Positions 7,384 through 17,020 of a DNA stretch of 64,000 nt are shown here, one piece after another. How positions within the stretch are numbered: the stretch's first letter is position 1; each line of letters begins with the position of its first letter. The DNA is from Dehalococcoidia bacterium. GTDB lineage: Bacteria > Chloroflexota > Dehalococcoidia > Lucifugimonadales > UBA3495. Position numbers and translations under genes: made by a program. The notes below the pieces were generated by a model. It saw only the letters and a list, made by a program, of their open reading frames with translations. It was not told where the DNA came from and searched no databases. The stretch covers positions 1,115,082 through 1,179,081 of the forward strand of contig CBDCQE010000001.1 of NCBI GenBank assembly GCA_965220505.1, given 5' to 3'.

Positions 7384-9066
7384 TCAGAGGGACCAGTCGT
7401 CGGGGAATTCGGGGGTGGGCAGGGGGCGGATCATGACCTCGACGAGGGCGGACTGGCCTTCCTCGGTGGCGCGAATGGCGCGCTGGAAAGCCGGCCGAAT
7501 GTCCTCGGGGTTGTCGACGCGCTCGGAGTAGCAGCCGAGGCCGTTGGCGACGACGCTGAAGTTGCCGCCCAGCACGGCCATCTCCGGGGGCGTGCCGTTC
7601 GGGTCTTCCATGCCCATCATGCCGCCGCCGGTGCCGCCGTTGTTGATGACGACGGTGAGGATGGGCAGGCCCATGCGGGAGGCGGTCTCCAGGTCCATGC
7701 CGGTCATGCCGAAGGAGGCGTCGCCGAGGACGTGGACGACCAGGTGGTCGGGGCGGCCGAGCTTGGTGCCGATGGCCGCGCCGACGGACCAACCCATGGC
7801 GGCCATGCCACCCATGGCGACGAAGTTGCGCGGTCGGGTGGTCGTCCAGAAGGGGACCACGTAGCCGCGGCTGCCGCCGGCGTCGTGGAGGGCGATGGTG
7901 CGGTCGGGGTCGATGAGTTGCTGGAGCTCGTGGACGACGCGATAGCCGTTGGTGGGGGTATCGGGGTCGGTGAAGCGGGGCATCCACTCGGCCTCAGCCT
8001 TCTCGTGGCAGGCGCGGATCTCGTCGACGATTTCCTGCTTCATGCCCCCGCCGCCGGGGCCGATGCGCTGGCGCACGGCGTCGATGATGGCGCGGAGGGC
8101 CAGCTTGGCGTCGGCGAGCATGGGAAGGTCAACCTGGTAGGTCTTGTTGAGGTCAGCGGGGTCGGCATTGATATGAATGATGCTGACGCCCTCGGGGATG
8201 GGACGGCCGTCTGTGCCGTTGGGCTGGCGGAAGGAGTTGCCGACCGCCAGGACGACGTCGGCTTTGCGGTTGATCTGGATGGCCGCGCCGGAAGCATACC
8301 GGCTGCGGGGATAGACGCCACCGCCCAGAGAGAGGGGATGGTTTTCCGGGAAGACACCCTTGCCCATGATGGTACTGGCGACGGGCATGGAGAGCATTTC
8401 CGCGATCTCGAGGACCTCATCGGCGGCGCCGGCGCTGAGGGCGCCGCCACCGACGTTGAGGATCGGGAAGCTGGCGTTGACCAGCATGTCGGCAGCGCGT
8501 TGGACCTCAGCATCGGAGGGGCCGGCCTTGCCGGGGGTGCCCACCGGGGTGTAGGCGAGGGCGGACTCGTCGGCCTCGGCGGTGAGGACATCCTGATGCA
8601 TTTCCAGGACGACCGGACCGGGTGAGCCGGAGCGCAGAGCAGTGAAGGCCCGGCGCATAACCTGGGGGATGTCCTGGACCCGGGTGAAGGCGCCGCGCCA
8701 CTTGCAAAGACCGTCGAAAATATTGGCCGAAACCTCCTGCTGCCATTCCTGGCCGAGGTTTCGCATGGGGTGCTGTCCCATGAGGAGCAGCACGGGGACG
8801 TTGTCGGCGTAGCATCCGGCGATGCCAGTGAGGCAGTTGGTGGCGCCGGGCCCGGTGCCGGTCATGGCGACGCCGACCTCACCGGTGGCGCGAGCAAAGC
8901 CGTCGGCGATCTCGACGCCGAGGCGCTCGTGGCGGGCGGCAAATGGCCGGATTGATGAGGCGCGCAAGGGGCCCCAGAGGGGGGCGAGGCCGCCGCCGGC
9001 GAATCCGGATATGTAACGTACTCCTTCCTGTTCGAGGGCCCTGACAACGGCTTCGGATCCACGCAT
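7384..9066 (-). CDS. Thiamine-pyrophosphate-dependent enzyme, acetolactate synthase large-subunit-like (paralog 1 of 3)
   Basis: N-terminal TPP-pyrimidine domain (GSEAVVRALEQEGVRYISGFAGGG). C-terminal TPP-binding motif GDASFGM...NNGG. I place the start at ATG 9066 with RBS AGAGGTG. The longer ORF to 9126 runs into a repeat element. Confidence 0.85.
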   Translation of the reverse strand: MRGSEAVVRALEQEGVRYISGFAGGGLAPLWGPLRASSIRPFAARHERLGVEIADGFARATGEVGVAMTGTGPGATNCLTGIAGCYADNVPVLLLMGQHPMRNLGQEWQQEVSANIFDGLCKWRGAFTRVQDIPQVMRRAFTALRSGSPGPVVLEMHQDVLTAEADESALAYTPVGTPGKAGPSDAEVQRAADMLVNASFPILNVGGGALSAGAADEVLEIAEMLSMPVASTIMGKGVFPENHPLSLGGGVYPRSRYASGAAIQINRKADVVLAVGNSFRQPNGTDGRPIPEGVSIIHINADPADLNKTYQVDLPMLADAKLALRAIIDAVRQRIGPGGGGMKQEIVDEIRACHEKAEAEWMPRFTDPDTPTNGYRVVHELQQLIDPDRTIALHDAGGSRGYVVPFWTTTRPRNFVAMGGMAAMGWSVGAAIGTKLGRPDHLVVHVLGDASFGMTGMDLETASRMGLPILTVVINNGGTGGGMMGMEDPNGTPPEMAVLGGNFSVVANGLGCYSERVDNPEDIRPAFQRAIRATEEGQSALVEVMIRPLPTPEFPDDWSL

Positions 9067-9109
9067 GGCTGCACCTCTAGTGGTTGTGCGGGCAACCGAC
9101 ATTCCGCCA

Positions 9110-9146
9110 GGGAACGAGATTGCCACGCTGCGCTCGCAATGACGGT
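9110..9146 (+). repeat. Dispersed repeat family C copy (GAGATTGCC.CGCT.CGCTCGCAATGAC)
   Basis: GGGAACGAGATTGCCACGCTGCGCTCGCAATGACGG. It matches 11785-11819 and 53498-53532. Confidence 0.7.
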
Positions 9147-9213
9147 CAAGGAACGGCCGTCGATTTTGCCGGGATGATAGGGCAGCGTGGGAGATGGGTC
9201 AACCGGGAGTCAT

Positions 9214-9240
9214 GGCATGGATGGACAGGATGTACGGGAT
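9214..9240 (+). repeat. Dispersed repeat family A copy 1 (GCATGGATGGACAGGATGNACGGGAT)
   Basis: GGCATGGATGGACAGGATGTACGGGAT. It is near-identical to copies at 11593, 13582 and 25005, all in the same orientation. Confidence 0.8.
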
Positions 9241-9867
9241 ATAGGCGGATCGGTTATGTCAATCCTGCGCTTTGCAATGATTCGGCGCCGGCAGGGCACA
9301 TGCGATGACCACTGCCGACGCGGGAACTCAGACTGATGTTGCGATGGGATGCCTCCAGGGTTTCGATGGTGCAGGCGATGGATTTACGATTGATGACCAG
9401 GTCTCGAAGCGGTTATCAGCCCCACGGCCGGGGGTATTGCGCTGTGTTTTTTGCTCTCATTGCCCGTGCCCACGGCACGGCGGGCTGTGGCGGGCCCGGT
9501 GGCCGGGCGACTACCCTGAGTAATATGATCAGAGACAGTCTCCCATGACGCCGTTTAGCGACTTGGATGCTGATCTGGGTGGCCGTTTTCGCTTGAGACT
9601 TGGTCGGGATAGGGATCTCTCGCCTGCACGGCTATGATAGCACGTGCGTTCGGGTTATGGTAAGGACTCGGGTGTCAGATAATCAGCGAGGCGGATTTGG
9701 GGCGTGGCTTGCCGCCGTGGACGGCGGGCTCAGGGACGCGATTTACGGAAAGGGGGAGCGATTCGACCGATTGGACAGTCAAGGCCACCAGGTTGTTGCC
9801 GCCCATTGTTGCCACCACAGTGCGGCCCCAACGAACCTGTTGCGGAGGCGGTAACGATTCGGGGCGC

Positions 9868-10479
9868 CTATGGCGCAACGCCAACCAGAACGAGGGGGAC
9901 GGATGGGACACCCCGGCCCTGGCGAACGACGTTCATCAGGTCACGCTCGAAGTACGGCACACCCGAGGACATTTCCCGTTCCAATTCCTTCATCGGCAGG
10001 ATCTCGATTCCCACGTCGATGATTTCCGCAACGTAAAAACTCAGATGCTTGACAAAAAGATCGTGGGCTACGAAAGCATATTTGCCGAATTGGATTTCGA
10101 TGGCCACGCGATCCTTCAGATAATCGGTTTGGTTGTACGAGAGGATCGGTTCGTAGCCAGCAGCTTCAATCCGATCCTTTTGTTCCCCGTCGGCGAGGTC
10201 GTAGATGCCTCGCAGCAACTTCTCGTCGGGAGCAACGTAGAACGAATTCCGGCGTTCGCCCCAATCCCTGGCTTTGAACTCCGCTTTGAAGGCGTCATTC
10301 ATGTCCCTGGGTGAGTACAAAAGCCGGCCGCGCATCGTCCGTTCGCGGGAAACTTTGGTCCGGCACGCTTCGGCGTCCACCGAAGCTATTACCTGCTTGA
10401 CCTCTTCCCAAAGCCGAGGGCGGTGAACCAGCAGGAATTCCTCGCCGTTCAAGTGGGAATAGAGGGATTTGATTTGCAT
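9868..10479 (-). CDS. Type II restriction endonuclease, BglII/BstYI-like
   Basis: KDRVAIEIQFGKYAFVA aligns from memory with the BglII catalytic segment RDTLVEVQFSNYPFLL (D...E-x-Q). N-terminal PRLWEEVKQVI matches BglII PQLWKEIEETL. The ATG overlaps the methylase stop (TGATG). GC is lower than in neighbouring genes in my spot counts. Confidence 0.8.
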   Translation of the reverse strand: MQIKSLYSHLNGEEFLLVHRPRLWEEVKQVIASVDAEACRTKVSRERTMRGRLLYSPRDMNDAFKAEFKARDWGERRNSFYVAPDEKLLRGIYDLADGEQKDRIEAAGYEPILSYNQTDYLKDRVAIEIQFGKYAFVAHDLFVKHLSFYVAEIIDVGIEILPMKELEREMSSGVPYFERDLMNVVRQGRGVPSVPLVLVGVAP

Positions 10480-11441
10480 CAATTCCCGCCGTTGGGCAGG
10501 CTCGGATCGTAAATCGGCTTTCCCATAGGACGTGTTTTCAAACGGCCAGCGCGCAGGTCGTGAATGCGATCAGCCGCAATGTTCACGTATTCGTCCACAT
10601 TGTCGCAGCCCAATCCGATGCGGCCGTGCATCAACGCCGCGATAACGGAAGACCCCACGCCCATAAACGGGTCAAAAACCCGATCACCGGGCTCGGTCAG
10701 CGCCAACACCAGCCGCTCGACCAGTTCCACTGGAAATTGACACGGGTGGACCGTTTTTTCCGGGTGGTTGTGCTTCACGTTGGGAAATTCCCACACATCG
10801 CTGGGGTTCTTTCCCTTGGGGTTCCCAGATAGCCGGCCGATATTGGGACCTTTGAAATGCCGCTTGTTGGGATACTTGGACGGCACCCTGATGGGATCCA
10901 AGTCCCAGGTGTAATCGTCCGACTTGGTCCACCAATTGACTGTCTCGTACCTGCCGGAGAGACGCTTTGAACTGTGCAGCCCATGCCCGAAATGCCAAAC
11001 TATCCGGTTGCGGAGTTTTAGGCCCAGTCGTTTGAACATCGGATAAAAGATCGTGTCCAGTGGGATTATTTCTCCCCGGTCCACGTAATTTCCGACTTGC
11101 CAACATATCGATCCCTGGTCGTGCAGCACGCGGACGCACTCGCTCACCACCAGTTCCTGGTTGTCCAGGTAATCCTCAATCGAGGTCCTGGACTCGTAGG
11201 ACTTGCCAAGATTGTAAGGCGGGGACGACACCACCAGCTTGATGCTGCCGTCGGGCAGACTCCGGGTGAATGTGAGCGCGTCCTCGCAGGCGATCAGCAA
11301 CTCATCGTCGTCGAAGGAACGGCCTGGAGTATCCGGCAAATCTACAAGCGCCGGTTGGTACTCTCCGTCCGCGCCTAGCGCAGATTGGGGCAAAACGCCG
11401 GAATGGTAGCGGGTCTGATGGTTCATAGGATGTGACGTCAA
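10479..11441 (-). CDS. Beta-class N4-cytosine/N6-adenine DNA methyltransferase (N6_N4_Mtase family), cognate of the BglII-like enzyme
   Basis: Catalytic motif IV SPPY (VVSSPPYNLGK) precedes SAM motif I DPFMGVGSS, which is the beta-class order. SPPY favours N4mC. The start is TTG 11441 or ATG 11426. Confidence 0.88.
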   Translation of the reverse strand: MTSHPMNHQTRYHSGVLPQSALGADGEYQPALVDLPDTPGRSFDDDELLIACEDALTFTRSLPDGSIKLVVSSPPYNLGKSYESRTSIEDYLDNQELVVSECVRVLHDQGSICWQVGNYVDRGEIIPLDTIFYPMFKRLGLKLRNRIVWHFGHGLHSSKRLSGRYETVNWWTKSDDYTWDLDPIRVPSKYPNKRHFKGPNIGRLSGNPKGKNPSDVWEFPNVKHNHPEKTVHPCQFPVELVERLVLALTEPGDRVFDPFMGVGSSVIAALMHGRIGLGCDNVDEYVNIAADRIHDLRAGRLKTRPMGKPIYDPSLPNGGN

Positions 11442-11592
11442 GCCGGCGTGTCCAATTGTGGAACTCTCACCAGCATCGAACCGGAAATCAGCTTCTATGG
11501 AGCGATACTATCATTCCATCACTGGCTCAACAACACACTGCTGTCAGGTGATGAGCAGCCGAGGACAGCGTTCCGTTTCAGGTGGCTTCTTT

Positions 11593-11618
11593 GCATGGAT
11601 GGACAGGATGAACGGGAT
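11593..11618 (+). repeat. Dispersed repeat family A copy 2
   Basis: GCATGGATGGACAGGATGAACGGGAT. Confidence 0.8.
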
Positions 11619-11637
11619 TTGCAGATGCGGGGGACTC

Positions 11638-11665
11638 CTGGATTCCGGCTTTCGCCGAAATGACG
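11638..11665. repeat. Dispersed repeat family B copy (palindromic TTCCGGC-nnnn-GCCGGAA hairpin with GTCAT/ATGAC ends)
   Basis: CTGGATTCCGGCTTTCGCCGAAATGACG. The same family occurs at 46331-46502 and 57812-57914. Confidence 0.75.
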
Positions 11666-11784
11666 TTAAATTAAACCGCCTAAAATGGAACGCTACCGTG
11701 GCCGAGTGGGTTTGTTGACCGGCCGGCGGGGTGTGGGTATTATCGCGGCAATTGGCCCTGACGCGCCGGGGCACGCGCGAAATC

Positions 11785-11819
11785 CACGAGATTGCCGCGC
11801 TTCGCTCGCTATGACAACG
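11785..11819 (+). repeat. Dispersed repeat family C copy
   Basis: CACGAGATTGCCGCGCTTCGCTCGCTATGACAACG. Confidence 0.7.
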
Positions 11820-11858
11820 ACCTCACCCTTGTAATGACGATTTCACTGGAGAAGTACC

Positions 11859-13577
11859 ATGCCGCAGGCCCATGAGTTGATTGTGCAGTTTCTGGAGGAG
11901 GCGGGAATCGACGCCGTGTTCGGGATACCGGGCGGCGGGACGGGGCAGATTTTCACCAACCTGGTGGGAAAGGAGCCGGCGATCAACACGTACCTGACGC
12001 GGCACGAGCAGACGGCGGCGATCATGGCCGACGCTTACGCTCGGGCGACGGGGAAACCGGCGGTGATCATGGGGCAGGGGCTGTTCATGGGATCGAACGC
12101 ATCGTTCGGGATCATGGAGGCGATGCTGAGCAGCAGCCCGATGCTGGTGCTGACGGACACGTCGGACGGCGGCGTGGGGCAGCATCCGGCGAACCAGTCG
12201 GGGGCCGGCGAGTACGGGAGCATCGACCTCCACAACATCTTCCGGTCGATGACGAAGTACACGACCCTGGCGACCTCGCCCAAGGAGGCGGCGCTGGGGG
12301 CACAACTGGCGATCAAGCACTCGATGAGCGGGCGGCCGGGTCCGACGTGCCTGCTGATGCGGACGGCGTCCATCGCGGGGGAGGTTGACCTGGAGTCGCC
12401 GCCGTTCATCCACGACACGGCGGGGTACCTGAACACGGCCAAGCCACAGGCGGCGCCGGCGGACATCGAGAAGGCGGTGGAGATCCTGTCGCAGTCGCGG
12501 CGGCCGGTGATCGTGGCGGGTAACGGCGTGCACATGGCCGGGGCGCACGGCGCGCTGCAGCAACTAGCCGAGCAATGGAACGCGCCGGTGGCGACGAGCT
12601 ACAAGGGGAAATCGGCCATCGCGGAGACGCACCCGCTGTCGGTGGGCATGGTCGGGGTCTACGGGCAGGAGGCGGCGAACCGGGCGGTGGGCGACGCCGA
12701 CACGGTGGTGATCGTGGGGGCGAAGCTGAGCCCGCAGGACACGGTGCGGGAGCGGCCCAACATATTCAACCCGCGGGGGCAGCGGATCATCCAGATTGAC
12801 ATCGATGACCGGAACGCGGGATGGACCTTCCCGGTGGAACTGGGTCTGATCGGCGACGCGGGGAGCATCCTGGGGCAAATGGTGGAGGCATCGGCGGAGG
12901 AGGCGGGATTGACGGCGGGCAACCGGAGTGAGTGGGCCGGCGCGTTGCCGGGACGGAAGAATGACGCCGGGTTCTACGAGGACGCGGGGCTGCACACCGA
13001 CTCTTCGCCGGTGTTGCCGCAGCGGCTGGTGCGGGTCCTGCAGGAAACGATGCCGGCGGACACGGTGTACGCGCTGGACGCCGGGAACAACCGGACGTGG
13101 ATGGCGCACCTGTTCCAGTCGCAGCAGGCGCACACGTTCTTCTGCCCGGGCGGCACGGCCGGCATGGGCTGGGGATTGCCAGCGTCAGTGGGGCTCCAGA
13201 TCGCGTATCCGGGGCGGCCGGTGGTGAGCGTGACGGGAGACGGCGGGTACATGATGACGGTGAACGCACTGTCGACGGCGATGCAGTACAACCTGCCGAT
13301 CATCTGCGTGGTGTTCAACGACGGCGCGCTGGGCATGGTGCGGCATCACCAGGCTCCCGGGCAGTACATCGCATCGGAGTTCGCGGAGACGGACAACGCG
13401 GCGGTGGCGCGGGGGTTCGGGTGCTTCGGCGTGCAGGTGGCGGACTCGCGGAACCTGGGGGACGCGCTGAGGGATGCGCGGGCGTCGGGTCTGCCGGCGG
13501 TGGTGGACGTGCTGATCGACCGGGGGCCGAGTCCGGACGACTGGCGGGCGGACGCGCGGAGGTCGGGGGAGACTTAA
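11859..13577 (+). CDS. Thiamine-pyrophosphate-dependent enzyme, acetolactate synthase large-subunit-like (paralog 2 of 3)
   Basis: AHELIVQFLEEAGIDAVFGIPGGG N-terminal TPP domain. C-terminal GDGGYMM...NDGALG TPP-binding motif. Length is 572 aa. Confidence 0.85.
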   Translation: MPQAHELIVQFLEEAGIDAVFGIPGGGTGQIFTNLVGKEPAINTYLTRHEQTAAIMADAYARATGKPAVIMGQGLFMGSNASFGIMEAMLSSSPMLVLTDTSDGGVGQHPANQSGAGEYGSIDLHNIFRSMTKYTTLATSPKEAALGAQLAIKHSMSGRPGPTCLLMRTASIAGEVDLESPPFIHDTAGYLNTAKPQAAPADIEKAVEILSQSRRPVIVAGNGVHMAGAHGALQQLAEQWNAPVATSYKGKSAIAETHPLSVGMVGVYGQEAANRAVGDADTVVIVGAKLSPQDTVRERPNIFNPRGQRIIQIDIDDRNAGWTFPVELGLIGDAGSILGQMVEASAEEAGLTAGNRSEWAGALPGRKNDAGFYEDAGLHTDSSPVLPQRLVRVLQETMPADTVYALDAGNNRTWMAHLFQSQQAHTFFCPGGTAGMGWGLPASVGLQIAYPGRPVVSVTGDGGYMMTVNALSTAMQYNLPIICVVFNDGALGMVRHHQAPGQYIASEFAETDNAAVARGFGCFGVQVADSRNLGDALRDARASGLPAVVDVLIDRGPSPDDWRADARRSGET

Positions 13578-13581
13578 GCTT

Positions 13582-13608
13582 GCATCGATGCACAGGATGG
13601 ACGGGATT
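13582..13608 (+). repeat. Dispersed repeat family A copy 3 (slightly diverged)
   Basis: GCATCGATGCACAGGATGGACGGGATT. It begins 5 nt after the stop of the upstream gene. Confidence 0.7.
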
Positions 13609-13630
13609 TTTGATCCTGAGATTGGACGCG

Positions 13631-13654
13631 AGGGGCGAATGGTTATTCGCCCCT
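13631..13654 (+). terminator. Perfect 10-bp hairpin, possible terminator/attenuator between the TPP enzyme and the acyl-CoA synthetase
   Basis: AGGGGCGAAT-GGTT-ATTCGCCCCT followed by GTATTTGAG. The U-tract is weak. Confidence 0.45.
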
Positions 13655-13673
13655 GTATTTGAGGGGGACACCG

Positions 13674-15797
13674 ATGGATTTCTGGACTGATGCACAGCTG
13701 GCGTCAATTGACCGGATGCTGAACCCGCGATCGATTGCGGTGGTCGGGGCGACGCCGCGGATGCAGTACGGCGGGCGGTTCGTGGCGGCGGCGATGGGGT
13801 CGATGGAGCGCGGGGTCAACGTGTATCCGGTGAACCCTCGGTACGAAGAGGTGCAGGGGTTGCAGTGTTATCCGTCGGTGTCGGCGCTGCCTGAAGCGCC
13901 GGACGTGGTGGGCATCGTTGTGCCGTACCACGCGGTACTGGACACGCTGCGCGAGAGCTACCAGAAGGGCGCGAAGTCGGCCATCGTGATCTCGGCGGGG
14001 TTCTCGGAGCGCGGTGTCGACGACCGTCGGGACCTCCAAGGCGAGCTCAGTCAGTTCGCGCGGGAATCGGGGATGAGGGTGAGCGGGCCGAACTGCCTGG
14101 GTCTGGCGAACCTGAAGGACAACATCTGGGCCAGCGCGTCGTCGCTGGGAGCGTCGGCCTTGAGCGGGCCGATCGGGCTGGTGTGCCAGAGCGGGGCGTC
14201 GGCGTTCGGGCCGTTTCTGACGCGGGCGGTTGATGAGGGCATCGGGTTCACGTACATCGTGTCGACGGGGAACGAGGCTGATTTGGACTTCTGCGACTTC
14301 GCGCGGTACCTGCTGGACGACGACGATACGCGAGTGATCGCGGGGTTCGTCGAAGGGTTCAAGGACGGCCGGAAGTTCCTGGAGGTGGCACGGCTGGCGG
14401 CAGAACGGGGCAAGCCGATTGTGCTGATCAAGATCGGGCGGTCGGACCTGGGGTCGCGAGCGGCCGGGTCGCACACGGCGGCGCTGACGGGTGAAGACAC
14501 GGCTTACGAGGCGGCGTTCGCGCAGTACGGCGTGATTCGGGTGCAGGACTATGACGACTTGCTGCAGGTGTCGAACATGATGGCGCAGTGCCCAAGGCCG
14601 CAAAAGCGGGGGGTCGCCGTGGTGTCGCACTCGGGCGGGATCAGCAGCCTGACGGCGGACATGTTCGGGCAGGCCGGGCTGGACCTGCCGCCGCTGTCGG
14701 ACCGGGCGAAGGACGGCATCAACGACATTCTGAAGGGGTTCGGCTGGGCGGCGAACCCGTCGGACGTCACGGGGTTCGCCAACAGCGACGACTTTCCGGC
14801 GATCATGTCGTTCATGGCGGAGGACGAGGGCATCGGGACGCTGGTGGTCGCGTCAGCGGGCGCGGACCCACAGGCGACGCAGGTGATTGCGCAGCGAGAC
14901 GCCAGCGGGATGCCGGTGGCGTTCCTGTGGACGGGCACTCGGGGCGCGACGTCGGGTCTGCCGATGCTGAGGCAGGCTCGGGTGCCGGTTTTCTACGTGC
15001 CGGACAAGCTGGCGGCGGGCGTGCGGTTCCTGAATGACTATCACGACTGGCGGGAACGGCGGCTGGCACGGGGGTTCGCGCAGGTTGCGGAGCTTACGAG
15101 GGAACAAACGGGTGCTGCTGAGGCGCTGAAGGGTGGCGGAGCGTTGTCGGAGTACGACAGCAAGGGGTTGATTCGGGGGTTCGGCGTATCAACGACGCGG
15201 GAAGAGATTGCGAGCGACGCTGACGCTGCGGTGGCTGCGGCAGAGCGGATCGGGTATCCCGTGGCGCTGAAGGTGAACTCGGCGGACATCCTGCACAAAA
15301 CTGAGGCCGGCGCCATTCGGCTGGGCCTGGCGGATGCCGACGCGGTGCGGGTAGCTTTTGCGGAGGTGACTGCCAACGCGCGCGGGTATGACGCAAACGC
15401 GCGAGTTGACGGGGCACTGGTGCAAGAGATGGTGGCTGGTGGCGTCGAGACAATTGTGGGTGTGTCCTACGACGCGCAGTTGGGGCCGATCCTGCTGTTC
15501 GGGACGGGCGGCGTGATGGTAGAGGTGTACAACGACGTTGCGCTGCGGCTGTGTCCGATTACCCGCGAGGACGCGCTGGAGATGATCGACGAGGTGAAGG
15601 GGGCGCGACTGCTGCGTGGGTTCCGAGGGGCGCTGGCGGCGGATGTTGACGCGTTGGCTGACGTGCTGGTGAACGTTTCGCAGATGGCGGTTCAGCTGGA
15701 GGGATCGCTGGGCGAGCTGGACATCAACCCGCTGATGGTTCTGCCGGCCGGACAGGGGGTGAAGGCGGCGGACGCGCTGGCGGTCGGCACTGGGTAA
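13674..15797 (+). CDS. ADP-forming acyl-CoA synthetase (acetate--CoA ligase [ADP-forming] family; fused CoA-binding/ligase-CoA and ATP-grasp domains)
   Basis: LNPRSIAVVGAT...NPRY CoA-binding domain and GPNCLG. The C-terminal ATP-grasp has SEYDSKGLIRGFGV...GYPVALKV. RBS GAGGGGGA precedes ATG 13674. Confidence 0.85.
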   Translation: MDFWTDAQLASIDRMLNPRSIAVVGATPRMQYGGRFVAAAMGSMERGVNVYPVNPRYEEVQGLQCYPSVSALPEAPDVVGIVVPYHAVLDTLRESYQKGAKSAIVISAGFSERGVDDRRDLQGELSQFARESGMRVSGPNCLGLANLKDNIWASASSLGASALSGPIGLVCQSGASAFGPFLTRAVDEGIGFTYIVSTGNEADLDFCDFARYLLDDDDTRVIAGFVEGFKDGRKFLEVARLAAERGKPIVLIKIGRSDLGSRAAGSHTAALTGEDTAYEAAFAQYGVIRVQDYDDLLQVSNMMAQCPRPQKRGVAVVSHSGGISSLTADMFGQAGLDLPPLSDRAKDGINDILKGFGWAANPSDVTGFANSDDFPAIMSFMAEDEGIGTLVVASAGADPQATQVIAQRDASGMPVAFLWTGTRGATSGLPMLRQARVPVFYVPDKLAAGVRFLNDYHDWRERRLARGFAQVAELTREQTGAAEALKGGGALSEYDSKGLIRGFGVSTTREEIASDADAAVAAAERIGYPVALKVNSADILHKTEAGAIRLGLADADAVRVAFAEVTANARGYDANARVDGALVQEMVAGGVETIVGVSYDAQLGPILLFGTGGVMVEVYNDVALRLCPITREDALEMIDEVKGARLLRGFRGALAADVDALADVLVNVSQMAVQLEGSLGELDINPLMVLPAGQGVKAADALAVGTG

Positions 15798-15821
15798 CGC
15801 GTCGGTACAAGCGGGGCATGG

Positions 15822-16904
15822 GTGATTGAACATCTCGTGCCGGCGCAGCGGACGGACTCGGCGCTGGCCGAGCGGTTCCGGCGTTTCGCCATCGAGGAGT
15901 GTTCGGCCGCGTCGGATGAGGGAGCCGGCTCCCAGACCTACGAGATGCTGTCCGAGACGGTGGCCAACGACCGGGAGTTGCTGAGCTTGGCGCGCATGTG
16001 CCGGGTTGGTCAACCGATTCCCAATCTGTTCTTTGCGGCGGTAAAGCGGACACTGGCGTCGTTCCCCGGCACCGAATTGGCGGAACGTTACCACAGCGCA
16101 GAAGCGGGAGACCGGCCCGCGTCTGGTTTGGGTCAGGCTTTCACGGAATTTGCCCTGGCGCATAGTGACCGTATTGACCGGTACGTGGCAACACGCATGG
16201 TGCAGACGAACGAGGTCGGCCGCTGCGCTTACCTGATGCCGGGCTTTATGACCGTTGCGGCGGAGAACCCGGGCCAGCCTTTGGCGTTGCTGGACGTGGG
16301 AGCCAGCGCGGGTCTGAACCTGAACTGGGATCAGTACCGGTACGTCTACTCGAGCGGCGATGTATTCGGTCCGACCGAGTCCGGTGTTGTCATTGAGTGC
16401 GACGCCAGGAATGGGTTGCCGAGTTTGCCATCCGCATTTCCCCGGGTGAATTTCAGGGTCGGGATCGACCTAGTGCCGGTGGACCTGGGCGAGGATGAAG
16501 AATACCTTTGGCTGCAGGCGTTGGTTTGGCCGGAACACGCGGGCCGGGGCGCCCTGTTGTCGGCGGCCAGGGACGTGTGGCTACAGTCACGGCCCACGGT
16601 ATTGCAAAGCGACGCCGTGGAACTATTGCCAGTTGCGCTGGAGGATGTGCCGGAAGATGCGGCGTTGTGCGTGTTTCACTGCCACACGCTGAACCAGTTT
16701 TCTGCCGAGGCACGGGCGAGGTTCTGGGACTTCTTGCGGGCGGCGTCAATGGAACGTGTGGTGTACCACATGCCGTCGGAGGGAGACCGGCTCTCACTGC
16801 GCAGGATTGTCAATGGATCCGCGACGACCTTGCTAACCGCACGTAGACAGGTACACGGCAGATGGGTCGCGTTTGATACCCATGCAAGGGTATCCCGTGA
16901 GTAG
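15822..16904 (+). CDS. Conserved hypothetical protein, DUF2332-like
   Basis: GTG start. N-terminal FRRFAIEEC...YEMLSETVANDRELLSL...QPIPNLFFAAVK resembles DUF2332 as I recall it. No other domain was recognised. Confidence 0.55.
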   Translation: MIEHLVPAQRTDSALAERFRRFAIEECSAASDEGAGSQTYEMLSETVANDRELLSLARMCRVGQPIPNLFFAAVKRTLASFPGTELAERYHSAEAGDRPASGLGQAFTEFALAHSDRIDRYVATRMVQTNEVGRCAYLMPGFMTVAAENPGQPLALLDVGASAGLNLNWDQYRYVYSSGDVFGPTESGVVIECDARNGLPSLPSAFPRVNFRVGIDLVPVDLGEDEEYLWLQALVWPEHAGRGALLSAARDVWLQSRPTVLQSDAVELLPVALEDVPEDAALCVFHCHTLNQFSAEARARFWDFLRAASMERVVYHMPSEGDRLSLRRIVNGSATTLLTARRQVHGRWVAFDTHARVSRE

Positions 16905-17020
16905 GAATTGCCGCAGCGGCGATGATCCTGGCGAACTCAAATCGACGCAGGGCATGGCCGTTGGCCAGCGTCTACGGAGGTGCGTAAGCCCGCGGAGAAA
17001 CGGTACCCGCGGGCCGGCGA

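Noticed and set aside
9147-9867. Possible pseudogene or ncRNA in the 720-bp non-coding flank of the R-M cassette (ORFs 9305..9523, 9336..9548, 9600..9854).
   Set aside because: The translations are not protein-like, no RBS or motif was seen, and I recognise no RNA family. I left the region unannotated, though it remains unexplained.
13600-13660. TPP riboswitch upstream of the acyl-CoA synthetase (contains CCTGAGA).
   Set aside because: Only the short CUGAGA-like string matches. The remaining conserved helices and the ACCTGATCTGGATAATGCCAGCG-type segment are absent. The hairpin is better explained as a terminator or repeat-associated structure.
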